Virus record (IMG/VR): IMGVR_UViG_3300025870_000011
Span: 5,780 to 69,779 of that record
DNA from: a virus
Length of the DNA: 64,000 nt
Direction: 5' to 3' (one strand)
This document shows, one piece after another, positions 1 through 8,585 of this stretch. Each line of letters starts with the position of its first letter. Position 1 is the first letter of the stretch. The notes below the pieces were generated by a model, which worked only from the letters and a program-made list of their open reading frames with translations, searched no databases and was not told where the DNA came from. The position numbers and the translations under genes are program-made.

Positions 1-111
1 GCAAGCGATGAACAAGCCGAAGATGGGCGAAGTTTTTGGCAAAATGCAAGGGCGACGGGAAAAACAAGTAAATACGGTTCATGGAGGGATGATTTGTATG
101 ACCGCCTTTGA
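1..111 (+). CDS. C-terminal fragment of a GNAT-like acetyltransferase paralog (5' end outside window)
   Basis: Not in ORF track. Frame 1 reads ASDEQAEDGRSFWQNARATGKTSKYGSWRDDLYDRL*, which parallels the tails of the next two genes (PDTSQSQEAHEMW...WRDA; PSHEQKAAAKEMW...RDDL). Confidence 0.6.
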   Translation, partial: ASDEQAEDGRSFWQNARATGKTSKYGSWRDDLYDRL

Positions 112-568
112 TCAAGCGTGGGCGTTATTGAAAATGCCAATACAACCATACACCATAAGAGAGGTTGATGCCCCAGATTTTGAAAGTGTGTATCATGCCG
201 ATTTTTATGATCCCGAAAGTGATGAAACATTACCAATGGAAGTTGGTATATCGGGTGAGTATAACTCAATTGAAGGCTTAATCCGAGATTCTAACCAAAA
301 TAAACCAAATAGAACAAGAGCATTTGCTCGCTATGACGAGGGAGATCAAAGGGTTATGAACATGAAAGATGTTGAAACTTCTGAACCGTTCCGAAGAAGG
401 GGGTATGCTTCTGGCTTGTATGATTTGATGGCTTATGCCTTATCTCAAAGAAAAAAACCATACAGATTAGAACCTGATACAAGCCAATCACAAGAAGCGC
501 ATGAAATGTGGAATGCCAAAGCACCAAGCGGCCATTGGCCTCCAGAAAGAGCATGGAGGGATGCGTAG
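98..568 (+). CDS. GNAT-family acetyltransferase with N-terminal FDQAWALLK leader
   Basis: Acetyl-CoA motif A 'VETSEPFRRRGYASGLYD'. ATG at 98 follows GGAGG (83-87), so it is preferred over the ORF-track start at 8. Confidence 0.75.
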   Translation: MTAFDQAWALLKMPIQPYTIREVDAPDFESVYHADFYDPESDETLPMEVGISGEYNSIEGLIRDSNQNKPNRTRAFARYDEGDQRVMNMKDVETSEPFRRRGYASGLYDLMAYALSQRKKPYRLEPDTSQSQEAHEMWNAKAPSGHWPPERAWRDA

Positions 569-1086
569 TGACCGCCTTCGACACCGCTTGGGCTATTGTG
601 AAGATGCCTATTGTTCCTAACCAGTTAGAATATCTCGGTGAAAGCCCCAACTTGGGCGGCGAAGATTCCTTTTTTACGGAAACAAAAAGGTGGAAAACAA
701 TGTTTCAAGATCCTAAAACGCAAGAATTGCTTCCCTTGTTTGTTGATTATGGGAATTATTTGAATCGAGAAGGTAAGAAATATCAATCGTTCAAAGGCTC
801 AATCGGTGATGATAAACGGGGTGGAAGATTGCGGTATGAGGGTGATGATAGACGATCTATAACGGGAGTCAATTTTCACGATAATGTTGAAAGTCGCCAC
901 CCTTATTGGACTGAAACAAGAAAAGATCATAGAGAGAAAGGTTATGCTTCCGCTTTGTATGATGTGATTGCTTATTTGATGCAAAATGAAGGGGAATATG
1001 CGTTAAACCCTTCACATGAACAAAAAGCGGCTGCAAAAGAAATGTGGAAAGGGCGAGAAAAATGGCCTGTGAGGGATGACCTATGA
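568..1086 (+). CDS. GNAT-family acetyltransferase with N-terminal FDTAWAIVK leader
   Basis: Motif A 'TETRKDHREKGYASALYD'; paralogous to 98-568 (FQDPKTQELLPL vs FYDPESDETLPM). GTG at 568 overlaps the upstream TAG and follows GGAGG. Confidence 0.75.
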   Translation: MTAFDTAWAIVKMPIVPNQLEYLGESPNLGGEDSFFTETKRWKTMFQDPKTQELLPLFVDYGNYLNREGKKYQSFKGSIGDDKRGGRLRYEGDDRRSITGVNFHDNVESRHPYWTETRKDHREKGYASALYDVIAYLMQNEGEYALNPSHEQKAAAKEMWKGREKWPVRDDL

Positions 1087-1706
1087 GTGCCTTCGACACC
1101 GCTTGGGAATTGTTAAAAATGCCAGCCGCAGATCGAAGATACACGCTTACAGAAGATGACATTAAGCGCATATCACAACTCGCATCTGAGGGCATGAGTC
1201 AAGCAGCAATTTATAGATTGTTCAACGAAGAAGGAATTCCAGTAACAAGAGGGATCGTTCACTATTGGGCAAACGAAGCCTCTCGAATGAAGCAACGTGA
1301 GAAGAATGCGCTTCGACGGTATGAACCAGGATCAGAAGAGAATGCGAGAAGGATTGTACGTGATCAAGAAAAGCGTAGAGAAAATTGGGAAGCAGATCCT
1401 GATATGAAAGAACGACATGAACTTCAATCAACAAAGGATGAAACCCGATCAACAAGACACACGTTTAGAGGAAAACCAGTTGAAGAAGCCATGAAGCGAC
1501 TTGAAAGTGGTGAATTGAGGCGACCTAATGCTAAGGTTTCAGAAGAAGATCTAAACAAAGCCATGTCGGGTCGATTCCCTGCGCGTTATCCAGGCAACTG
1601 TGTTGTTTGCCAACGATCTATCTCACCAGGAGAAGAAGTCAGATACAATCGACTATTGGGTGGTATTTCCTGTCCGTTTGATTGCGGGAGGAATTACATT
1701 GTCTGA
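1083..1706 (+). CDS. HTH-domain protein with leader and C-terminal Cys-rich (Zn-binding) module
   Basis: Leader FDTAWELLK; HTH-like 'IKRISQLASEGMSQAAIYRLF...VTRGIVHYW'; after LNK|A a module 'ARYPGNCVVCQRSISPGE...CPFDC'. Confidence 0.6.
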   Translation: MSAFDTAWELLKMPAADRRYTLTEDDIKRISQLASEGMSQAAIYRLFNEEGIPVTRGIVHYWANEASRMKQREKNALRRYEPGSEENARRIVRDQEKRRENWEADPDMKERHELQSTKDETRSTRHTFRGKPVEEAMKRLESGELRRPNAKVSEEDLNKAMSGRFPARYPGNCVVCQRSISPGEEVRYNRLLGGISCPFDCGRNYIV

Positions 1707-2559
1707 TGTGTTTGAACAGGCATGGGATTCTATCGTCAAGATCGATGAGGGGATGTGGGAAGAGATCTATGCCCCTCTCTTGGCTGAAACTGCGGGTATG
1801 GGCAAAAAACAGTATGCGCGCCATACTGTTGATTTTGTTCCTACATCCTTTGCTATGGATGTTATGCGAAACAGATCATGGAATCAAGACTTGATGGATG
1901 ATGATTGGGAAGAATTGATTTTGGATAGCAATAATCACGGAACTGGTGATACTGGCTTTACAATGGATGAATTGATGGAGAGTATAATGGATCGAGGTTT
2001 TACGATGGAGGGGGCGAACAGACATGGGAGAATAGATCCTTCTTTTGAGGTGAACCCGCATGGATTGGATATGTATGAAGGAAATCACCGACTTCTTGCT
2101 TTGAATGCTTTAGGTGCGCCCCATGTTCCTTTCATGGGTCGTGGAGTGAAGGGAACAAAGGCTAACAATGCACCACACAAAATGCCTCTTTCACAAGAAG
2201 CATTGAACCTTTGGGGAAAGCGTGAAAATTATTCCCTTGCTGATTACATGACAGGAGGTTCACCTCAAATACCCCCTTCTTGGCTTTATGGTCGTGAAAT
2301 GGTTCCCGGTATGGGTCGCCTTGAGCCTGTGAACAGGTTGGGTGAACCTATTGATATGTTCACGCACATAAGCGAAACAGATTCTAATATGGATTCTTTA
2401 GAAGCCTTTCATGCTCGAAATAAACGTGAGCCAGTAAATCCATTCGATCCAAAATCAGTCAGTCGTAATCAACAACTGTTACAAAGCGAAAACTTTCGTA
2501 ACAAGGCCAAATGGAATTGGAAGCAAAAACCTTCTTGGAAAGTAGTGTTTGATGATTGA
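1699..2559 (+). CDS. ParB/Srx-like domain protein with leader FEQAWDSIVK
   Basis: 'ELMESIMDRGF...YEGNHRLLALNALG...VPF' matches the ParB-N GxxR signature. TTG at 1699 follows GGGAGG. Confidence 0.65.
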   Translation: MSDVFEQAWDSIVKIDEGMWEEIYAPLLAETAGMGKKQYARHTVDFVPTSFAMDVMRNRSWNQDLMDDDWEELILDSNNHGTGDTGFTMDELMESIMDRGFTMEGANRHGRIDPSFEVNPHGLDMYEGNHRLLALNALGAPHVPFMGRGVKGTKANNAPHKMPLSQEALNLWGKRENYSLADYMTGGSPQIPPSWLYGREMVPGMGRLEPVNRLGEPIDMFTHISETDSNMDSLEAFHARNKREPVNPFDPKSVSRNQQLLQSENFRNKAKWNWKQKPSWKVVFDD

Positions 2560-2743
2560 AGGTGACGAGCAAGTATTGTTCAGATCGCCCAAAATCCAAA
2601 CGTGCGTTGTTCGAGAGTAACTACGTGATAAACAGGAGTCGCTACTTGCTCGCCAGTTTTGGAAATGTATTTTTATAATTAAAGTCTCTCTATACACTTA
2701 CTGATTAAGATAAGTTCTTGACTGATAGTACAATCCGTCATGC

Positions 2744-4069
2744 ATGGGCGAGGCTTTATTTCAGGAAGCCTACTCGACTATGATTGAGAAGATGACCCCT
2801 AAAGATCTAAAAGTGATGGATGAAGAATATCTACGCAGATTTCCGCAAATGCCACTTCGAGATGATTTTGGCGCAATCACGCAGTATTCAGGTGGAGGGT
2901 TTGCCGATGAAGGTTTCCGATCAGCAGGAATCCCGATCTTATCAACTATTGACGCATGGAAACCTGCAAACGATGTCAGATTATTAAATCAAAAAGAAGG
3001 TGAAGTCCTAAGTGGTTATCTTGGCAGAGATCAAGGCCAAAGACATCCAGATGATATGGTTGAGCATTACGCCGACATCTCACAAGGAAAAAAGATTCAC
3101 TTTCACGCATCGCCTCCGTGTCAAGCATTCACAAGAGCGCAACGACAAGGAACGAGTGTTGCGGCTAAAACACCCGAAGAAATGGAAGAAGATAGAGTCG
3201 CTGCTATGCCTTTGATTGGGGATGCTCTCTACACAGTAGAACAGATGATAAAACACCCTGATATAGACTTGGCATCATGGTCACTTGAAGAAGCACCAGA
3301 TGTTGCTAAATATCTAAAAGAAAATCCACATTTTCTCGATAAATATGTCTCCCCTCCCTTTAAGAAAAAGGTAATGGGACTATTGACGAATCATCCAAAA
3401 TTAGATGCAATTGACTTTGGCGCACCTACTACAAGAGGTCGAACATTTATCGGTGAAGGATGGAATGCAGAACCTACGCATTACAATTCAACTTACAAAC
3501 CAAAACCAGGTAGGCTACCTAACCCTTCTGTGCTTGATTTTTTGCCACATCTTCAACGAGAAGAAGAAGAGAACAAGCCAAATAAATTAGCAAAATTGAC
3601 TGATTATAGAGATAAAGGTCGAATCAGTCAAGAAGTTCTTGATCACCTCATGGCTCAAGGTTACATTTCACAATCGGGTGGCATCAATCCAGGTAAAGGG
3701 GGTGCTTCTTGGCGTAACATAAATTCAAAGCATCCAAGTCAAGAAGGCGGTCCTGGAACGGCTTTCCTACACAGAAAACCACTCACTTCATCTGTAACTG
3801 GAATTACACATAACAAACCATCGCATATGTATAATCGGTATTTGACCCCTCAAGAAATCATGATGCTTCAAGGTGGGCGACCTACTTACGATCTATCACC
3901 AGCAGAAGGACAGTATTGGCGTAAAACTAATCCACGATCAGGCAACGTAAAATCAATTGCTGCTGTTGATCAAATAATTGGTAATGCAGTTGCCCCTCCA
4001 GTAGCAAGAGCAATAGGCAGATCAGTAGTAGGTAACAACCTCCAACGCAGGTTGATGGATTATAATTGA
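2744..4069 (+). CDS. DNA (cytosine-5)-methyltransferase-like protein
   Basis: Motif I YSGGGFADEGF, motif IV SPPCQAF, motif VIII FGAPTTRGR, motif IX RYLTPQEIMMLQG, motif X IGNAVAPP. Motif VI is divergent (EEA). Confidence 0.85.
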   Translation: MGEALFQEAYSTMIEKMTPKDLKVMDEEYLRRFPQMPLRDDFGAITQYSGGGFADEGFRSAGIPILSTIDAWKPANDVRLLNQKEGEVLSGYLGRDQGQRHPDDMVEHYADISQGKKIHFHASPPCQAFTRAQRQGTSVAAKTPEEMEEDRVAAMPLIGDALYTVEQMIKHPDIDLASWSLEEAPDVAKYLKENPHFLDKYVSPPFKKKVMGLLTNHPKLDAIDFGAPTTRGRTFIGEGWNAEPTHYNSTYKPKPGRLPNPSVLDFLPHLQREEEENKPNKLAKLTDYRDKGRISQEVLDHLMAQGYISQSGGINPGKGGASWRNINSKHPSQEGGPGTAFLHRKPLTSSVTGITHNKPSHMYNRYLTPQEIMMLQGGRPTYDLSPAEGQYWRKTNPRSGNVKSIAAVDQIIGNAVAPPVARAIGRSVVGNNLQRRLMDYN

Positions 4070-4078
4070 GGTGATCGC

Positions 4079-5080
4079 ATGAATTGTTTTGAAACGGTTT
4101 GGGATTTCATCAAAGCAATTCCAGAAATTGATCTCGATGATTTTACGCTCGATCAGGTGGTAAATACAGATTATGTATTTCCAAAAGGCGGCCAAATTAT
4201 GAGGCACATGAAAACCCCTCAAGGAAAAAAAGAAATGGCGATGATGCAAGCAAGGAACATTGATTATCCATTAGAAGGGATAGATCTTCCTAAATATCAA
4301 CCTAAAAACGCATGGAATTTGCATGAGGAACTAAGACCTTTGCTTGGTGGTTCAGCAGTTCAAGGAAAGCGATGGGATTTTCTCTCTTCACCAGGAAAAA
4401 TGATAAATAGAACTTTTTCATTACCAACTCATATGTGTAATGTTGGGGGGAAACTACGAGAAGTTCCAGGTTCAGTTTGTGAACATTGTTATGCACACGG
4501 AAGTAATTATAATTACAATGCAGTTCAACAAAAATTGCTTCGTAACTACAACGCTTTGACCAGTAGCGATCCTGTCGAATGGGCATCAGCCGTTGCAGGT
4601 GCAATTCCTGGTGAAACAACGAGATTTCCAATGTTCAGATTCCATGATTCAGGAGATTTGCATTCTGCATCACACGCTTCAATGATTGCGGATATTTCTT
4701 CTAATAATCCAGATGTAATGAATTGGCTTCCAACAAGAGAATGGGAAATGATTGCCGATTTAGTTCGAGCAAGAGGGGGAGATCTCCCTCCTAATTTTGT
4801 TCCACGTATATCTTTGCCAATGGTAAATCAAACGCTTGATAATGACGAAAATGAACGAAGAGGTGTTGATTCATTACCTCAAGAGTTGATTGATTTGATA
4901 CAGGATAACCCTCAAGTAGATTATTCAACTGTTATTACAAAACCAGAATATCGCAGTAGCCGTTCATCTGTTTTATGTCCTGCTTCAAATCCAATAGTCG
5001 GAGGTAATACCTGTGCTGATAACAAATGTAGTGCTTGCTATAATCCAAAAGTCAAAGCAACGGAGTATTTCAAACATTGA
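4079..5080 (+). CDS. Phage Gp88-like Cys-rich (Fe-S / radical-SAM-like) protein with leader FETVWDFIK
   Basis: FSLP...C...SVCEHCYA, FRFHDSGDL, WLPTRE, PPNFVPRIS and a C-terminal CPA...C...C..C cluster, as recalled for the GP88 family. SD GAGGTGA. Confidence 0.7.
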   Translation: MNCFETVWDFIKAIPEIDLDDFTLDQVVNTDYVFPKGGQIMRHMKTPQGKKEMAMMQARNIDYPLEGIDLPKYQPKNAWNLHEELRPLLGGSAVQGKRWDFLSSPGKMINRTFSLPTHMCNVGGKLREVPGSVCEHCYAHGSNYNYNAVQQKLLRNYNALTSSDPVEWASAVAGAIPGETTRFPMFRFHDSGDLHSASHASMIADISSNNPDVMNWLPTREWEMIADLVRARGGDLPPNFVPRISLPMVNQTLDNDENERRGVDSLPQELIDLIQDNPQVDYSTVITKPEYRSSRSSVLCPASNPIVGGNTCADNKCSACYNPKVKATEYFKH

Positions 5081-5089
5081 GGCAATACT

Positions 5090-7354
5090 ATGAGCGAAAT
5101 TTTTGAGAAGGCTTGGTATGATCAGTTCAAGCGCAATAAGCGTGATCGGCCTGAGATGGGTACGGTTTCTCTTGATGGCGTTACGGCATATCCTCTCGAA
5201 GATAGATCAGGTAATCTCAATTTAGACCGAATGACCAATTTTCGAGTGGGCAGACCACACAACATAGAGGCATTCCGTAACATCGACTCTACGAGTTTGC
5301 ATTTAAATCCCGGTCGTATAAAATCTACTGGGGAAATCAGACCAAATACTGGCGCATTAAGCGTTATGAGAGGTCAAAAACCAATAGCGATTTCCAACGT
5401 ATTGCCAATCAATAATCCTTTCTTTAGATTAGATGAAAAGGCGCAACGTTCAGCATTTCTTGGCAATCCTGAACGGGATCGAAAAGCAAATCGAACTGCC
5501 CATATGTGGACGGCAGGAGATCTGAGTGCGGCAGAATTGAATGCGATGATGGGTGGGACACAAACACCTCAACAAATTCTTGGCATGACTGATGATTTGG
5601 TTTTAGATCGAAACGACTTTGGCGACAGTATGTTATCATGGAAGTATGGTGATGATCTGTACGAAGCCCCTCGTTTTGCATATGAGGTTTATGATCTGGA
5701 AGATAAGTCATTGCCACACAATAAAAAATGGAAAATGGAAAATCGAAAATACCGTGATGATTTTGCTTTGCCATTCCGTTCCGCACGTGGTCACAGAGTA
5801 TCTGGTTCAGTAGATCCATTGCTCAGAATACCGCTACACTTCGCTGGTCAGCAAGCACCTGAACTCGCACGTCAAAGCAAAGGAGGCCGATATGTTGAAT
5901 GGGAACATCCAGAAACGGGCTATCGCTATGAAGGCGTTCCTGTTCCATTGAGTTTGACTGGTGATTATGATCAACCTGCGGTTTCGAGAGGTATTTCAAC
6001 TGGAACGCATGGATTGTATTTTGATCCACGTGATTTGACGGGCGCAGGAAGAGAGGTTTGGGATTCCGCTTTATCAGGCGATGTTATTCGCAGAGCGTTA
6101 GAGAGCATACAAATACGAGATGAAATGAGTCTTGAAAAGATGCCGCATCCATCTTCGGGGGATTTCAGCCGAAGGCAAGCATTACCAACTGCGTTTCGAC
6201 TTCAAGGGGTCAAAAACAATACTATGTATTCTCAAATAATGGCAGCATTACGTGAAACGCTTGGTGATCGTGAAATGATTGAAACGTTTGGCGGTGGTGG
6301 AGGACTCTCATTGGGGTTTAAGCCATCAAAAGCAATCATTAACGACATAAACCCCGACATAGGAAACCTGATGCGAAGAATCATCCGAGAACCAATGAAA
6401 ATAGACCCGGAACAATACAATGTGGGCGTTGGCGAACCAATCACAATCCCTCATCCATCATTAGGTCAAATGAACATTGGAACAATGACGGAAGAGATGA
6501 AGAATCGTTTTGGTGAAGGCAACAGAACCTTTATTCCAGCACATTTTTACAATCTTCGCAATCAATACGCTGGATTAAGGGAAAAGGCTGCAAGTGGAAC
6601 TGCAACTCCCGAAGAACACGACAAAATGGCTGAAATCTTCTATATGCTTCAATTGACTGGCTTCAACAGTTTGGTTCGATACGGCAAAGGAAAAGAATTG
6701 CCTTCATGGGATAATCCATATTCAACTCCACCAGGAACTACACGTTCAAAGCACCATATCCCCGAAGATGAAGAATTAGCAGGTTCGTTTTTCCAACAAA
6801 TGAAGGATGCTGGACTTTACGACGCTGAAAAAGACCGATACAAAGGCCGTATTCAACCAGGGGGCAACGCTTTCCGACCAACTCCAATTCGAGGGGGAAT
6901 CGGAGAACACGATTTCGCACCCTGGCATGATGCTATGAAAGACTGGGATTGGAGGACTGGAAATGCTTTTGAGTTCTATGATGACATCAAAGACCAAATG
7001 AAAGCCGACAAGAACCTATTGACATTTGACCCGCCTTACTTTGGTGAAGAGGGCGCACATGGTTTCTTTGGAAAAGATGAGCAAGAACGGCTTATTCAAC
7101 AAATGATTGATGCAAAGGACAGGGGCATTCCGACTATGGTTTTCAATTCAATGCATCCTTCAATTGTTGAACCGTTGCGTGAGGCTGGATTCCACATTGA
7201 ACCATTAGATCGAAAAGACCTTTCAAGTTCCGATCCAAACTCAAGAGGAACGGTTGGAGAACTTATGGCTATGGCGAACATTGATCAAGACGCATTCCAA
7301 ACAGCATGGGAGAGGCGTAAGAATCCCCCACCAGCGCAACGCACTTTGTTCTAA
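5090..7354 (+). CDS. Bipartite protein: unknown N-terminal domain plus Dam-like (D12 class) N6-adenine DNA methyltransferase
   Basis: FRLQGVK, motif I ETFGGGGGL, INDINPD, GFNSLVRY and catalytic DPPY, all in the C-terminal half. Leader FEKAWYDQFK. Confidence 0.8.
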   Translation: MSEIFEKAWYDQFKRNKRDRPEMGTVSLDGVTAYPLEDRSGNLNLDRMTNFRVGRPHNIEAFRNIDSTSLHLNPGRIKSTGEIRPNTGALSVMRGQKPIAISNVLPINNPFFRLDEKAQRSAFLGNPERDRKANRTAHMWTAGDLSAAELNAMMGGTQTPQQILGMTDDLVLDRNDFGDSMLSWKYGDDLYEAPRFAYEVYDLEDKSLPHNKKWKMENRKYRDDFALPFRSARGHRVSGSVDPLLRIPLHFAGQQAPELARQSKGGRYVEWEHPETGYRYEGVPVPLSLTGDYDQPAVSRGISTGTHGLYFDPRDLTGAGREVWDSALSGDVIRRALESIQIRDEMSLEKMPHPSSGDFSRRQALPTAFRLQGVKNNTMYSQIMAALRETLGDREMIETFGGGGGLSLGFKPSKAIINDINPDIGNLMRRIIREPMKIDPEQYNVGVGEPITIPHPSLGQMNIGTMTEEMKNRFGEGNRTFIPAHFYNLRNQYAGLREKAASGTATPEEHDKMAEIFYMLQLTGFNSLVRYGKGKELPSWDNPYSTPPGTTRSKHHIPEDEELAGSFFQQMKDAGLYDAEKDRYKGRIQPGGNAFRPTPIRGGIGEHDFAPWHDAMKDWDWRTGNAFEFYDDIKDQMKADKNLLTFDPPYFGEEGAHGFFGKDEQERLIQQMIDAKDRGIPTMVFNSMHPSIVEPLREAGFHIEPLDRKDLSSSDPNSRGTVGELMAMANIDQDAFQTAWERRKNPPPAQRTLF

Positions 7355-7863
7355 GGAATCGGTTGTTGCATACTTGGCGGAGTCATTGGAGAATGAGAGA
7401 TCCCACCTGCGCCATTTGAACCTTGACAGGTTCGGAAATCGGTGATTATTTTATTCACAAAATACTCAAACGAAACATCAGAAGGATATTGAAGAGATTG
7501 GCTGTAAAGTTGAATCCATTGAATATCTGAACTGAATAAGCGAGCAAAAGAAGTTTGAGTCGATTGGGATAACTGGCTGTTTTGCCAATTTGCTTCTTCA
7601 ATTAAAGCCTGTTCAGCACTACCGTATATTCCCGACCATTGTTGCTGTTTGTTGTTAATATTTCCATATCCATAGATCGGGTTTCCTAAATGACACAATA
7701 AACCAATGGCTGCATCCTTACAAAAATTAGGTGCTTTGCCATCGTTTTCAGCATAGCGTGTAATCCATGAAGTAACGCTTTGCGGATCATTAGTCATTCC
7801 AGATAATGCTACGTTGTAAGATCGAAGTGTGTGTACGGCTTCAATCATATTGACTTCGCTCAT
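7351..7863 (-). CDS. hypothetical protein
   Basis: 170-aa ORF with GGTGG upstream; the only minus-strand gene in this region; no motif recognised. Confidence 0.6.
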   Translation of the reverse strand: MSEVNMIEAVHTLRSYNVALSGMTNDPQSVTSWITRYAENDGKAPNFCKDAAIGLLCHLGNPIYGYGNINNKQQQWSGIYGSAEQALIEEANWQNSQLSQSTQTSFARLFSSDIQWIQLYSQSLQYPSDVSFEYFVNKIITDFRTCQGSNGAGGISHSPMTPPSMQQPIP

Positions 7864-7943
7864 GTCATTGCCACCGTATAACTCTTATTTCATATTGTTT
7901 ATACCGTCATAGTTCATATACCTGTCAAACATGGGAGGTATCA
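7864..7943. promoter_or_regulatory. divergent intergenic region with TATA-like boxes
   Basis: AT-rich. TTTATA (7898-7903) and TTCATATA (7913-7920); the latter recurs at 29554-29561 at a similar distance from the protease ATG. Confidence 0.4.
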
Positions 7944-8090
7944 ATGGGCAAGCACGTTTCTGTTGTTATGAGAGAGCAACTTTTTGCTAAAATGGAAGAA
8001 GAAAGAGGGCGTGAGTCTAAATCTTCCTTTGTTAATCACGCGCTTGCGTTTTACTTCCAAAATAAAGACAAGGTGAAGCAAGATGAATAA
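7944..8090 (+). CDS. ribbon-helix-helix (CopG/Arc-like) transcriptional regulator, 48 aa
   Basis: Not in ORF track. MGKHVSVVMREQLFAKMEEERGRESKSSFVNHALAFYF: alternating beta-strand, helix, G-x-x-S-x-S turn, helix. SD GGAGGT at 7934-7939. Confidence 0.75.
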   Translation: MGKHVSVVMREQLFAKMEEERGRESKSSFVNHALAFYFQNKDKVKQDE

Positions 8091-8565
8091 ACCAGACCCT
8101 GAAAATCGTAGCCTATATCCTCCGCCATACGCCGCAGAGGACTCAAACCGAATTGACATCAATCTTATTGCTATGTTGCTATGGCAATCACTCTTGACAG
8201 GAATCGCTGTTGCAGTTTCGCATATGGGATGGTATCTTCCAGAGGCAGGTGCTGCTGAAATGGGACTCCAGTATGGCTTAATCTGTTTTGGATTCCTATG
8301 CGTTTCAATGGTACTGTTTCATGTAGGAGGGGTTCGTGACTCTTTAGCATTACGAGCCGAATTTTCGAGAGAAAACCAAGTAGATAAGTGGCAAAGACAA
8401 CAAGCGCGTTTGAATCAACGCAGAGCAAGTAAAAATCGTTACTGGCACGATCAACAACAGCCTGGTAATGGTTACGGGAACAATCAGACTCCCTCACAAT
8501 TCGGAGTTCCTACTCAAATCCCTCAAGTTATCGCAAGTAGTCATAATAAGGAAGATGACAACTGA
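8083..8565 (+). CDS. two-TM membrane protein with basic/Gln-rich tail
   Basis: Hydrophobic segments LIAMLLWQSLLTGIAVAVSH and GLQYGLICFGFLCVSMVLFHV. Confidence 0.7.
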   Translation: MNKPDPENRSLYPPPYAAEDSNRIDINLIAMLLWQSLLTGIAVAVSHMGWYLPEAGAAEMGLQYGLICFGFLCVSMVLFHVGGVRDSLALRAEFSRENQVDKWQRQQARLNQRRASKNRYWHDQQQPGNGYGNNQTPSQFGVPTQIPQVIASSHNKEDDN

Positions 8566-8585
8566 TAGGATCTAAGGGTGGCATC

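Noticed and set aside
8-97. ORF-track N-terminal extensions (starts at 8, 508, 1600, 16848, 34086, 39178)
   Set aside because: They overlap upstream genes; SD-preceded downstream starts give coupled genes, several beginning at the shared tag.
80-1125. CRISPR array or attC-type integron
   Set aside because: The repeats are short, protein-coding, about 500 nt apart and not palindromic; no cas or integrase gene is in the window.
2567-2655. Canonical tRNA gene
   Set aside because: An acceptor-like stem and CCA are present, but there is no T-arm next to the acceptor and no proper anticodon arm. Kept only as a possible ncRNA.
2744-7354. Restriction-modification system
   Set aside because: No recognisable endonuclease motif next to either methyltransferase.
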